A stretch of 30,031 nucleotides of DNA from Gemmatimonadota bacterium (GCA_046758745.1 JBHIAV010000036.1:1-30031); one strand, 5' to 3'; shown: positions 17,606-26,537, counted from the first letter of the stretch. The notes: a model not told the origin generated them from the sequence alone. Made by a program: numbers and translations.

Positions 17606-18149
17606 CGAACGCCTCGGGTCCGGAAGTGTGAACGTTTCCTAATAAAGGGTTCTTAACCGATTTCTCACCAGTATTTTACCCACCGAATGCCATCTTTCCG
17701 GTGCCGGAATGGGAAGTGCAGCGCGGGTGAACGACACGCACGAGAGCGGAACGGTGGTTCAAGCACTCGGCACCACCTGGGCAGCGACGTTCGCGGGGGG
17801 CTTGTCCCTCGTGGCGATCTCCCCACTTCCGGGTCCTGCCCCACAAGACTCGGGGCCGTGGGCCGTCATCGTCAAGATGGTCGAGTTCGCTTTCGAACCG
17901 GCGCTGGTCGTGACCCGTCCGGGGGAGGTGGCTCGTTTCGCCCAGACCACCGCGACTCCACCACAACGCGCAGTTCCGTGTGGTCCCGAAAATCGTCATC
18001 TCCGAGGAGTCACCGACCGGCCTCTACCGATACGTGTGCACGCGGCGCGAGAAGCTGGGGATGACGGGGGAGATTCGAGTGGTGAGTCCCGTCGCGAGCG
18101 GGGGGCGAGACGATCCCGCCCGGGCAAGGCGGTCGGGTCCGCGGAGACT
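17550..18149 (+). repeat. diverged direct duplication, copy 1 (partner 23177-23893)
   Basis: Colinear similarity covering the regulator 5' end, the promoter and the cupredoxin gene. Confidence 0.88.
17606..17680. promoter_or_regulatory. divergent promoter region, copy 1; probable response-regulator binding site
   Basis: AT-rich TTCCTAATAAAGGGTTCTTAACCGATTTCTCACCAGTA, nearly identical at ~23264-23301. Confidence 0.65.
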
Positions 18150-18171
18150 CCGATCGGACCACGCCCTCTGA
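17754..18171 (+). pseudogene. cupredoxin pseudogene (paralog of 23378-23896)
   Basis: +1 insertion at ~17960, ~117-nt internal deletion (VVPK|IVISEE), and Cu ligand His changed to Arg (CTRREKLGM vs CTRHEKLGM). Confidence 0.85.
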
Positions 18172-18189
18172 CGGCGGAAGGAGGCTTCC

Positions 18190-19254
18190 ATGATGAAGAG
18201 ACAGTTTGGCCCGCCCTCAGTTCTGGCTGGCGTCCTCGCCGCGGGGATGCTCACCCTGCCCGGCTCCGCCCACGAGCTCCGGGCCCAGGGCCTGAAGGTC
18301 ACGGGCTATGGCGATCTGGAGTGGACGCTCCAGCGTCAGGACGACCCGGAGGACAAGTATCACAACTTCTTCGACAACCACCACATCAATCTGATCCTTC
18401 TCGGCTGGATCGTCGATGACGTGACGGTCGGTGCGGAAGTGGAGTACGAGCACGCGGGCGAGGAGATCGCCCTCGAGTACGGCTACCTCGCGTACACCGG
18501 GATCAGGAACCTTCGGCTGGCGGCTGGCAAGTTCATCATCCCATTCAACCGCTGGAACAAGGACCTGCACCCCACCTGGGTCAGCAAGATGCCGGGTCGT
18601 CCCCTGGTCTACTCGAACGTTTTTCCCTCCACCTACTCGGACGTCGGAGTGTGGGCCACGGGCGGCCTGTCTATCGGCATCGGGAACCGCTTCACCTACG
18701 ACCTCTACGTGGTGAACGGGCTGGAGGGGGATCCGGATGCGTCGAGCTTCCGAGGGCTGCGCGGCAACGATCGCGAGAAGCAGTTCAAGGACGACAACAA
18801 GGCGGTCGGTGGCAGGCTCGGCGTGGAGCTGGCGAGCGGTCTCGGGCTGGGTTTCTCCGGCTACACCGGTGAGTACGCGCCGGACCTGCAGATGAGCTTC
18901 GTGGGCGGCGACATCGACTACCGCCTGGAGGAGCTGGAGCTTAGGGCCGAGGTGGTGCACGCCCGGCAGGACCTCACCACCGGAGACACGAACGAGCGGA
19001 CCGGGTTCTACGCGCAGGCGGCGTACGGCCTGGGAGCCGTGTCCGAGGGGTTGGCGAACCTGGAGCCGGTCGTCCGCTTCTCCTGGGTGAACTTCGAGGG
19101 TGATGCGTCCGACACCTCCGAGCTCGGCGTCGGCTTCAGCTATTACCTGTCCGCCTCGGCGTCCGTTCGCTTCGCCTGGTTCTTCAACATGGAACAGGAA
19201 GCATTCGAGAAGAAGAACGACAAGCTGATGAGCCAGTTCAACGTCGTGTTCTAG
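18190..19254 (+). CDS. outer-membrane porin (OprO/OprP-like fold, uncharacterised subfamily)
   Basis: RBS AGGAGG; signal peptide; AEVEYEH, LEYGYL, AGKFIIPF, LHPTWVSK, DDNKAVGGRLG, GFYAQAAY, C-terminal F. Confidence 0.8.
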   Translation: MMKRQFGPPSVLAGVLAAGMLTLPGSAHELRAQGLKVTGYGDLEWTLQRQDDPEDKYHNFFDNHHINLILLGWIVDDVTVGAEVEYEHAGEEIALEYGYLAYTGIRNLRLAAGKFIIPFNRWNKDLHPTWVSKMPGRPLVYSNVFPSTYSDVGVWATGGLSIGIGNRFTYDLYVVNGLEGDPDASSFRGLRGNDREKQFKDDNKAVGGRLGVELASGLGLGFSGYTGEYAPDLQMSFVGGDIDYRLEELELRAEVVHARQDLTTGDTNERTGFYAQAAYGLGAVSEGLANLEPVVRFSWVNFEGDASDTSELGVGFSYYLSASASVRFAWFFNMEQEAFEKKNDKLMSQFNVVF

Positions 19255-19312
19255 AGCAGTGAAGATCCGGCGTCGGCGGATGAACCGTTGACGATGCCGA
19301 GGAGGGGCGAAG

Positions 19313-19924
19313 ATGAGAAAGCGAAGGAAGTCAACAGCGGCCCTCGGCGCGCTGGCAGGTCTAGCGGTCCTCGGCTCCGTCTCCCCTGCGACTGCCCAGG
19401 AGTCGGGCGCGCAGGTGTGGGGAAGAGCCTGCGGACGCTGCCACAGAGCCCAGCCGCCGAACAAGTACGACGCGGACGCCTGGCACGCGATCATGGGTCA
19501 CATGGCGCTGAACGCACGGCTCACCTCCGAGGAGGAGGCGGCGGTGAGGGAGTTCCTCATGGGAGCCGCTCGTCGGCTCACCCAGGAGCCCTCCCTGGAG
19601 CCTGTCGAGGTGCCTCTGCTGGCCTCCGCCGAAATCGGCTTCCTCCCCGCAGCGGACAGCGCCGGCATCTACGAGAAGCAGTGCTCGGCTTGTCACGGAT
19701 CCGAGGGGAAGGGTGATGGACCGGCAGCCGCTGCGCTGACCCCGCACCCGACAGACCTCACGGACACGGAGCGCATCGGAGCGTTGAGGGACGAGGAGCT
19801 GCTCGAAGTTCTCAAGAACGGCAAGGGCGCGATGCCTGGGTTCGCCAGACTCCTGACGGAAGAGGAGTTGAAGGCGGTGCTCGGCTATGTGCGAAGGCTG
19901 AGCGAAGAGAAAGACGAGGACTGA
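19313..19924 (+). CDS. periplasmic diheme cytochrome c
   Basis: Signal peptide ATA-QE; CGRCH...W..IMGHM; CSACHG..GKGDGPAA...GKGAMPGF. Confidence 0.9.
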   Translation: MRKRRKSTAALGALAGLAVLGSVSPATAQESGAQVWGRACGRCHRAQPPNKYDADAWHAIMGHMALNARLTSEEEAAVREFLMGAARRLTQEPSLEPVEVPLLASAEIGFLPAADSAGIYEKQCSACHGSEGKGDGPAAAALTPHPTDLTDTERIGALRDEELLEVLKNGKGAMPGFARLLTEEELKAVLGYVRRLSEEKDED

Positions 19925-20050
19925 CTCGCGAGACCACGACTCGGCGGCGGCTCAGTGGTCTCGTCGGCGAGCATGGCCCGGCGGGCAGGCCCACGGCCAG
20001 GAACCTGTCCGGAATCGCCCCTGCGCCCTCGCTCGCGAAAGGAGGCGAAA

Positions 20051-20875
20051 ATGAGCCCATGTGGGGAAGGTGGAGGTGCTCCCGAGACGCACGGCACGCG
20101 TCGGCCGTGGCTCCAGGGGCGCGGGTCACCTGGCCCGCGCCGCGCGGCGCACCGCCTCTCGTTACTAGGCCTTGGATTGCTCGTTACTCCGATCGTGGGT
20201 GGGTGCGCAGGGGGGGAGGAACCAACGCAAACAACCGTCACGCTAGCGGCGCTGGACAGCCTGCTCGTGGAGCTCGGCGGCATTCCCACGGGTGCCCTCT
20301 CCCGCGGGCAGCGATGGAGGATGATCAGCTCCAACGGCGCCGGCCTTCCACCCTCAAACTTCAAGCCGGAGGATCTTCCCGAGCCTCGTTCCCGCGGAGC
20401 GGTCCTTCTGCAGGTGTACTGCGTCCAGTGCCACTGGCTGCCCGCCCCGCAGATGCATTCGGCGGCGGAGTGGCCAGTCCTCTTGCGGCGCATGATGATG
20501 CGGGCCCGGACGCTCCGGGATCGGATGGGAGGGGCGATGACGACGGAATTCCTCGGCGAAATCCTGATGGCCGGGCTGTCGAGCACCGAGCTCCCGTCGC
20601 CGGCCGACGCCGATACTCTGCTCATGTATCTCCAGACACATGCCCTGCCGGCGGCGGGGGCTGCCGAGTTCACCGACGGGCCCGACGCCGAACTGTTCGT
20701 CGAGATCTGCTCGATCTGCCACGAGACGCCCTCTCCTAGCGCGCACACGGCGGCCGGATGGGAGCCCGTGGTTGCCAGGATGCGGGCGAACATGTCCATG
20801 ATGGACGTCCAGCCGCTGACGGATCGGCAGACGGATCGCATCGTCGCGTACTTGAAGGGCCGTGGGGCTTCATGA
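20051..20875 (+). CDS. diheme cytochrome c, probable lipoprotein
   Basis: RBS GGAGG; lipobox-like IVGGC; tandem domains CVQCH..P.P..H.A.EW..LL.RM and CSICH..P.P..H.A.GW..VV.RM. Confidence 0.85.
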   Translation: MSPCGEGGGAPETHGTRRPWLQGRGSPGPRRAAHRLSLLGLGLLVTPIVGGCAGGEEPTQTTVTLAALDSLLVELGGIPTGALSRGQRWRMISSNGAGLPPSNFKPEDLPEPRSRGAVLLQVYCVQCHWLPAPQMHSAAEWPVLLRRMMMRARTLRDRMGGAMTTEFLGEILMAGLSSTELPSPADADTLLMYLQTHALPAAGAAEFTDGPDAELFVEICSICHETPSPSAHTAAGWEPVVARMRANMSMMDVQPLTDRQTDRIVAYLKGRGAS

Positions 20876-20876
20876 G

Positions 20877-21368
20877 ATGGATGGGCCCGGCGATGACCGT
20901 CGCCATTTTCTGAAGCGCGTCGTCCTGGCGACCTCGGGAGTGCTGAGCAGCGCTCTCGCGGCTACCGCCGGAGGTTACCTGTTTGCCGGCGCGGGGAGGA
21001 AACAAGGTGCGCGGTGGACCACTGTGGCCCGCCTGGACGACATCGAGCCCGACCGGCCTCTCCATGCCGAGTACCTCCAAGTCGTGCCCGATGCATGGGC
21101 CACCATCCGTCGGCGCCAGTCGGTCTGGCTGGTGCGCGGGCCGGAGCCGGAGATCATCGCGTTCGACCCCCACTGCACGCACCTGGGGTGCCCCTACGAT
21201 TGGGATTCCGACGAGCGGGTATTCAAGTGCCCCTGCCATGATGGCGTGTTCGACATTGAGGGACGGGTTCTCGCGGGACCTCCTCCCCGACCGCTCGACC
21301 GTTTGGAGGTCCGAATCGAGGACGACTGGCTGCTCGTAGGTAGCCTAAGGCGCACGGGCTCGGCGTAG
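20877..21368 (+). CDS. qcrA: Rieske iron-sulfur subunit of a menaquinol:cytochrome c reductase
   Basis: Tat motif RRHFLK plus TM; CTHLGC and CPCHDGVF boxes; GPPPRPLD. Confidence 0.92.
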   Translation: MDGPGDDRRHFLKRVVLATSGVLSSALAATAGGYLFAGAGRKQGARWTTVARLDDIEPDRPLHAEYLQVVPDAWATIRRRQSVWLVRGPEPEIIAFDPHCTHLGCPYDWDSDERVFKCPCHDGVFDIEGRVLAGPPPRPLDRLEVRIEDDWLLVGSLRRTGSA

Positions 21369-21374
21369 GAACCG

Positions 21375-23069
21375 GTGAGGAAGCGAGGGGGCGGCTTCTG
21401 GAACGAGCGCCTTGGAGTGGGCTCCATACGGTCCGCCTTGCTGGAGCGTCCCGTGCCCGCCGAAGTCGGGTGGTTGCACACCCTGGGCTCCGTGACGCTG
21501 GCGCTGCTTGCCGTCCTCACCCTCACGGGAGTTCTCCTTACCCTCAACTACTCCCCATCCACGGAACATGCCTACCACAGTGTCCGCTATATCGAGAACG
21601 AAGTCCCGCTCGGGTCACTGGTCCGAGGGCTGCACCACTGGGCCGCGTCCTTTGTGGTCGTGGCGATCGCTCTCCATCTGCTCCACGCCTTCGTCCACTT
21701 CGCCTTTGTCCGGCCGCGCGAGCTCACCTGGTGCACCGGTGTGGCCCTTCTGCTCATCGTGCTGGCATTCGGGTTCACGGGCTACCTCCTCCCGTGGGAC
21801 GAGAAGGCCTATTGGGCGACCGTCGTTGGCACAAGCATGGCGAGGCAGGTCCCGGGCGCCGGGGAGTCCCTGCTCTATCTGCTGCGCGGCGGGGCCGAGG
21901 TGGGCGCGGCGGCCTTGTCGCGCTTCTACGGCGCACACATCACCCTGCTGCCCGTGCTGCTCGCCCTCCTGGTGGGTGTGCACCTGTATCTCGTCGTGCT
22001 GCACGGCATCTCGAGAGACGGCGAGGGCCGCGCGCGGCGGCGCCGCCGGGCCGGTGCTAACGCGCGGGACGGCTCGGTCGACGGGCGGGCGGAGGAGTCG
22101 CGGAGCGTGCCCTTCTGGCCCGACGTCCTCGCGATGGACGCAACCGCCGTTTTCCTGGTCCTGGCGCTGCTCTTCTTCATCGCTCTGCAGGTCGGCGCGC
22201 CGCTCGAAGCACCGGCCGACCCGACGAACACGGAGTACACGCCGAGGCCGGATTGGTATTTCCTGCCGCTCTTCAAGCTCCTCACCTTCTTCCCGGGCTC
22301 GGCAGAGTCGATCGCGGCGCTCGGCTTGCCCCTCCTCATGGCGACGGCTCTGCTGTCGCTGCCCTGGTGGGGGCGGTCGCTCGTGCGCTCGGCCTGGGGA
22401 AGAACATCGCTGCTCGGGGGCGCCGGGCTGGCGTTCACGAGCGTCATCGCCCTGGGCGTAGCGGGCGCCCGAGCGTCCCCACGGGGACTAGCGCCACCTC
22501 CGCCCGCCGTCGCCCGCGGGCGGTTGCTCTTCGATCAGCTCGGCTGTCTGAACTGCCACACCATTCGTGGAATCGGCGGCATCGTCGGGCCTGACCTTAC
22601 GGTGGTCGGGCTTCGGCGTCCGGATTTCGGATGGCTGGCGGACCATCTGCGAGACCCGCGTTCGATCGTCCCGGCGACCCCCATGCCGGCCTTCCCGCTC
22701 CAGGGGGAGAGTTTGAGCGACCTGGTGGCCTTTCTGCTCTCCCTGGGGAACGACGTCCGCTACTCGGCGCTGGCCCCGGAGCTCTACCGGAAGAACTGCT
22801 CGGCCTGTCACCGCCTGGGCGGGCAGGGCGGGACGTATGGGCCCGATCTCGGTCGCGTGGGGCGCTTGAGGACCGTCGCCTACATACACCAGTACACAGA
22901 GGATCCGTCATCGCTCAACCGCGATGCCCGAATGCCCGCCGCGGTCAACCTCACCCACGAGCAGGTGGAGGATGTCTCACGGTACGTGGTGGCCACTGCA
23001 CGGGGGGCACAGGGAGGCGTGCGACCGGAAAGACCATCGCCCGACTCGACTGGCGGCCCGGAAGAGTAG
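21375..23069 (+). CDS. qcrB: cytochrome b (b6-like plus subunit IV-like) fused to two cytochrome c domains
   Basis: RGLHHWAAS...LH, TGYLLPWD, FYGAH-x14-H, PDWYF; then CLNCH...MPAF and CSACH...MPA. Confidence 0.92.
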   Translation: MRKRGGGFWNERLGVGSIRSALLERPVPAEVGWLHTLGSVTLALLAVLTLTGVLLTLNYSPSTEHAYHSVRYIENEVPLGSLVRGLHHWAASFVVVAIALHLLHAFVHFAFVRPRELTWCTGVALLLIVLAFGFTGYLLPWDEKAYWATVVGTSMARQVPGAGESLLYLLRGGAEVGAAALSRFYGAHITLLPVLLALLVGVHLYLVVLHGISRDGEGRARRRRRAGANARDGSVDGRAEESRSVPFWPDVLAMDATAVFLVLALLFFIALQVGAPLEAPADPTNTEYTPRPDWYFLPLFKLLTFFPGSAESIAALGLPLLMATALLSLPWWGRSLVRSAWGRTSLLGGAGLAFTSVIALGVAGARASPRGLAPPPPAVARGRLLFDQLGCLNCHTIRGIGGIVGPDLTVVGLRRPDFGWLADHLRDPRSIVPATPMPAFPLQGESLSDLVAFLLSLGNDVRYSALAPELYRKNCSACHRLGGQGGTYGPDLGRVGRLRTVAYIHQYTEDPSSLNRDARMPAAVNLTHEQVEDVSRYVVATARGAQGGVRPERPSPDSTGGPEE

Positions 23070-23176
23070 AAAAGAAAGCAAGGGGAGACTTGGCAACCGT
23101 GCCTGTGGAGGTGGAGCGATGCGACCGCTGCAAGAGCCTGAGTTAGGGCTTTTTCAGCGCCGCCGTATCCAACGTT

Positions 23177-23232
23177 CCGCTCGCGGCAAGGTCCGCCACC
23201 TCCTCGTGGTTCTCGACAACCAGTAGTTACAG
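23177..23232 (-). pseudogene. 5' remnant of the response regulator
   Basis: Reads L*LLVVENHEEVADLAASG versus intact MRLLVVEDNEKVASFVARG (ATG to CTG, stop at codon 2). Confidence 0.75.
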
Positions 23233-23310
23233 CGAACCGCCTCGCGCCCAGAAATCTGAAGACTTCCTAATAAGCGGTTCTTAACCGATTTCTCACCAGT
23301 AATTTAGCCG
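23233..23310. promoter_or_regulatory. promoter region, copy 2
   Basis: TTCCTAATAAGCGGTTCTTAACCGATTTCTCACCAGTA. Confidence 0.65.
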
Positions 23311-23377
23311 CTGATTCCTATCTTTGTGTTTGGCGGGAACGTGGAGCGCGGGGAACGACGCACACAAGGGCGGAAAG

Positions 23378-23896
23378 ATGGCTCGAGCACTCGGCACTGC
23401 CTTGGCAGCGACATTCGCGGGGGGCCTGTCCCTCGTGGCGACCTCCCCACATCCGGGCCACACCCCGCAAGATTCGGCGACGCGGACCATCATCGTGAAG
23501 ATGGTCGAGTTCGCGTTCGAGCCGCCGGTGGTTGTGAGCCGTGCGGGGGATGTGGTCCGTTTCGTCCAGACCACCGCCACTCCACACAACGTGCAGTTCC
23601 GGGTCGTCCCGAAGGGAACGGAGCTGACCTTCCAGGGGCCAACGACGGCCGTTGACACCGAACCGGTTCGAGTCGGCTATCCCCCTCCCCGAATGGGCCC
23701 GTTCCTGATCAAGCCGGGGCAAGCATACGAAATCGTCATCTCCGAGGAGTTTCCGACTGGGCTCTACCGATACGTGTGCACGCGGCACGAGAAGCTGGGG
23801 ATGAGCGGGGAGATTGGGGTGGCACCCTCCGCCGTGTCGAGCTTGCGGGTGAGACGATCCCGCCAGGGCAAGGCCGTCGGGTTCCTCGAGACTTAG
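23378..23896 (+). CDS. cupredoxin (plastocyanin/azurin-family blue copper protein)
   Basis: Signal-like N-terminus; F.FEP, GDVVRF, PHNV, YRYVCTRHEKLGM give the type-1 Cu ligands H, C, H, M. Confidence 0.88.
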   Translation: MARALGTALAATFAGGLSLVATSPHPGHTPQDSATRTIIVKMVEFAFEPPVVVSRAGDVVRFVQTTATPHNVQFRVVPKGTELTFQGPTTAVDTEPVRVGYPPPRMGPFLIKPGQAYEIVISEEFPTGLYRYVCTRHEKLGMSGEIGVAPSAVSSLRVRRSRQGKAVGFLET

Positions 23897-23910
23897 GACG
23901 GAGGATTCAA

Positions 23911-24777
23911 GTGAGCAGCTATACGAAGCGCAGCGCACTGGTCGTGGCGGCGAGCCTCCTCGCTTGGGGCTGTGCGAGTTCGGACAACCCCACGGCTCTC
24001 GCCGACCTCGAGCCGGTCGTCGAGTTCGAGATCGAGGCGGCCGAGGTGGAGACCATGGAGGGGGTGGAGGTCCACGCGGCCGTCCACGAAGGCGGAGCGC
24101 CGCTCCGGATGACCTCGGCCCAGCTGGAGATCGAGCCGGCGAGCGGGAGCCCCGTCCGGGTGGTGGAGATGGAGCCGGAAGGCGACGGATACGGCGCCCA
24201 CGTGCGCTTCTTCGAACCGGGCGAGCACCACCTGCGCCTCCTGGGCCAACCGGAGCGACACAACCTCATGCGCGAGATGGGCGAGCACGAGGTGCATGTG
24301 TTTCGCCAGCACCGCGCGATCGGTCCCTATTGGATCGAGATCGGAGTGCGCCCGGCGCGGATCATCGAAGGCGAGGAAGCCGTTGTCCGCCTTTACGCGT
24401 TCGAGCTCGTGCCGGACGGGACCATCGGCCCTCCGGTGAACGGACTCCAAATGGAGACGAGCCTGCATCACCCGGGTGGGCATGAGACGCCTCTCGATTT
24501 CACCGAACAGGAGCCCGGCCTGTACGAGGCGGAGTGCCTGTTCGCCGAAGCCGGTGTGTACGAGCTCCACGTGGGGATCGAGGGGGAAGAGGCGGAGCAC
24601 AGTGAGGAGGAAGAGGGAGAAGAGTACGCCGAAGGCGAGCACTGGGAGGAAGAGCACGTCGACGACGGCCACGATCACGAGGCCGAATTCCACATCGTGG
24701 TGCTGACGGAGTCCGGCGATGACGTCGGAGGTCCCGAGGACGGCCATGGAGGAGACGACCATGGGCACGCGCACTGA
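23911..24777 (+). CDS. lipoprotein with two YtkA/FixH-like Ig domains and a His/acidic-rich C-terminus (putative metal chaperone)
   Basis: RBS GGAGG, GTG start; lipobox LAWGC; DGYGAHVRFFEPGEHHL and PGLYEAECLFAEAGVYEL; tail ...HVDDGHDHE...DGHGGDDHGHAH. Confidence 0.7.
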   Translation: MSSYTKRSALVVAASLLAWGCASSDNPTALADLEPVVEFEIEAAEVETMEGVEVHAAVHEGGAPLRMTSAQLEIEPASGSPVRVVEMEPEGDGYGAHVRFFEPGEHHLRLLGQPERHNLMREMGEHEVHVFRQHRAIGPYWIEIGVRPARIIEGEEAVVRLYAFELVPDGTIGPPVNGLQMETSLHHPGGHETPLDFTEQEPGLYEAECLFAEAGVYELHVGIEGEEAEHSEEEEGEEYAEGEHWEEEHVDDGHDHEAEFHIVVLTESGDDVGGPEDGHGGDDHGHAH

Positions 24778-25897
24778 GCAGGTCGGCATGCTGTCCGGCC
24801 TCGGTGCCGCAGCGCTTCTGCTCCTCTTCACAGCGCAGGGAGCGGCGGCCCAAGAGGCGGACGCCGATTCGAGAGTCGTCCCGACCAACGCGTTCGTGGT
24901 CAGCGGCTACGGCACGGTCGGGTACTCGGCTCGTACAACGGGCGAAAACATCAACGCGTTCACCGCCGGCATAAACCCGATCTTCCTGTTCCAATTCCAG
25001 GACCGGGTCCTCTTCGAGGCGGAGTTCGAGTTCGAACTGGAGGAGGGCATCACGGAGACGGGGCTGGAGTACGCTCAGCTCGACTTCGTCGCCACGGACA
25101 ACCTGACCCTGGTTGGAGGCAAGTTTCTCCTGCCCTTCGGCGTCTTTGGAGAGCGACTCCATCCGACCTGGATCAACAAGTTCCCCAGCGCTCCGCCCCT
25201 GTACGGGCACCACGTATCCGACTTCGGAGCGGAGCCGCTGCTCCCGATCCTCTCCGACCTGGGCCTGATGGCCCGCGGCACGGTGTCCCCCGGGGCCTGG
25301 CAGCTCAGCCTCAACCCCTATGTCGTGCAGGGGCCGGTCGTAGAGGGCGAGCTGGAGGGAGAGGAGACCCACGAAGGGGAAATCGCCGTACCGGAGCTCG
25401 AGTTTCCGGCATCCTCGAGTGACAACAACGCGAACAAGATGCCGGGCGTCCGGCTCGACATCGCCCTCCCGCCCTGGCTCGAGGTCAACGGCTCGATCCT
25501 CAACGGCGATTACGACGAAGTGGGCATCCTGGACTTCACCGCGTGGAATCTGGCAGCTGAGCTTCGCTTCTCAAAGTTCGAGCTACGGGGCGAGTACGTG
25601 CAGACGCGCCAGGAGATCGAAACGCTCGAGGGCTTCCCGACGCTGGTGCGGGACGGCTTCTACGCCCAGGCCTCCTACCGGGCGGGGCGCTGGGAGCCCG
25701 TGTTCCGCTGGACGCAGGTCTTCGATGACCAGCTCGCTGGCGAGTCCATCGGGAATGGCGCCTGGCAGGCGGGATTCGGCCTCGACTACTGGTTCAGCCC
25801 CTCGATCGCGGTGATGGCGGGATACGAGTTGAACCGCGAAGACGGAGCCGAGGTGGAAAACGATCGATTCCTGATCCACGTCGCGTTCGGCTATTAG
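24761..25897 (+). CDS. outer-membrane porin, paralog of 18190-19254
   Basis: RBS GGAGGAG; signal AAA-QE; EAEFEFE, LEYAQLD, GGKFLLPFG, LHPTWINK, DNNANK, GFYAQASY, terminal HVAFGY. Confidence 0.82.
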   Translation: MGTRTEQVGMLSGLGAAALLLLFTAQGAAAQEADADSRVVPTNAFVVSGYGTVGYSARTTGENINAFTAGINPIFLFQFQDRVLFEAEFEFELEEGITETGLEYAQLDFVATDNLTLVGGKFLLPFGVFGERLHPTWINKFPSAPPLYGHHVSDFGAEPLLPILSDLGLMARGTVSPGAWQLSLNPYVVQGPVVEGELEGEETHEGEIAVPELEFPASSSDNNANKMPGVRLDIALPPWLEVNGSILNGDYDEVGILDFTAWNLAAELRFSKFELRGEYVQTRQEIETLEGFPTLVRDGFYAQASYRAGRWEPVFRWTQVFDDQLAGESIGNGAWQAGFGLDYWFSPSIAVMAGYELNREDGAEVENDRFLIHVAFGY

Positions 25898-25907
25898 GAA
25901 GGGAGCC

Positions 25908-26537
25908 ATGAGATACATACTGACAGGAGGAGCGCGCGCCCTGGCGTGCCTCGCGGTGTTCTCCCTGGCGGCGCTCGTCGCCGACGACGCCCCCGGTCAG
26001 GAAGTCTCGACCTCCCGGGTCGCGACGGGCGCGAGGGTGTACGGCAGCATGTGCGGTCGTTGCCACAACCCGCGCTCCCCGCTGGAGCGCAGCGACCGTG
26101 AATGGACCGTCATCGCGAACCATATGCGCATCCGTGGGAACCTCACGGGCGATCAGGTGAAGAGCGTGCTGGCGTTCCTGCAGGCGACCAACACCGATCC
26201 GCGTCAGCGGTCGGGTCCGGCGAACGAACCGGCGCCCGGCGCGCCCCACGATGAGGCCGAGCGATTGGAAGGACCCATCACGACCGACGCGGGCGCGATC
26301 TCACGCGGCCGGAGCCTGGTCTCCGAGAAGGCCTGCCTGGGATGTCATGTGATCGGGGACGCTGGGGGCAAGGTCGGCCCGACGTTGAACGGCATCACGG
26401 GCCGTCGCGAGCCGTCGTTCATCCGGCGCAAGCTCGCGGACCCGACCTTCAACACCAGCACATCCATGATGCCGAACTTCGGGCTTACGGCGGATGAGAT
26501 CGAAGCCCTGCTGGCCTATCTGTCGACGCTGGAGTGA
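25908..26537 (+). CDS. periplasmic diheme cytochrome c (N-domain paralogous to 19313-19924)
   Basis: CGRCHN...W..IANHM; CLGCH.IG..GG.VGP.L...MMPNF. Confidence 0.9.
   Translation: MRYILTGGARALACLAVFSLAALVADDAPGQEVSTSRVATGARVYGSMCGRCHNPRSPLERSDREWTVIANHMRIRGNLTGDQVKSVLAFLQATNTDPRQRSGPANEPAPGAPHDEAERLEGPITTDAGAISRGRSLVSEKACLGCHVIGDAGGKVGPTLNGITGRREPSFIRRKLADPTFNTSTSMMPNFGLTADEIEALLAYLSTLE

Larger units (their letters stand above)
23177..23893 (+). repeat. diverged direct duplication, copy 2 (partner 17550-18149)
   Basis: Shared blocks include CTCGACAACCAG, TTCTTAACCGATTTCTCACCAGTA, AAGATGGTCGAGTTCGC and CTCTACCGATACGTGTGCACGCGGC. Confidence 0.88.

Noticed and set aside
14037-19494. ORFs 14037-15383, 15232-16716 and 18217-19494
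   Set aside because: Shadows of the porin and kinase genes with no recognisable features.
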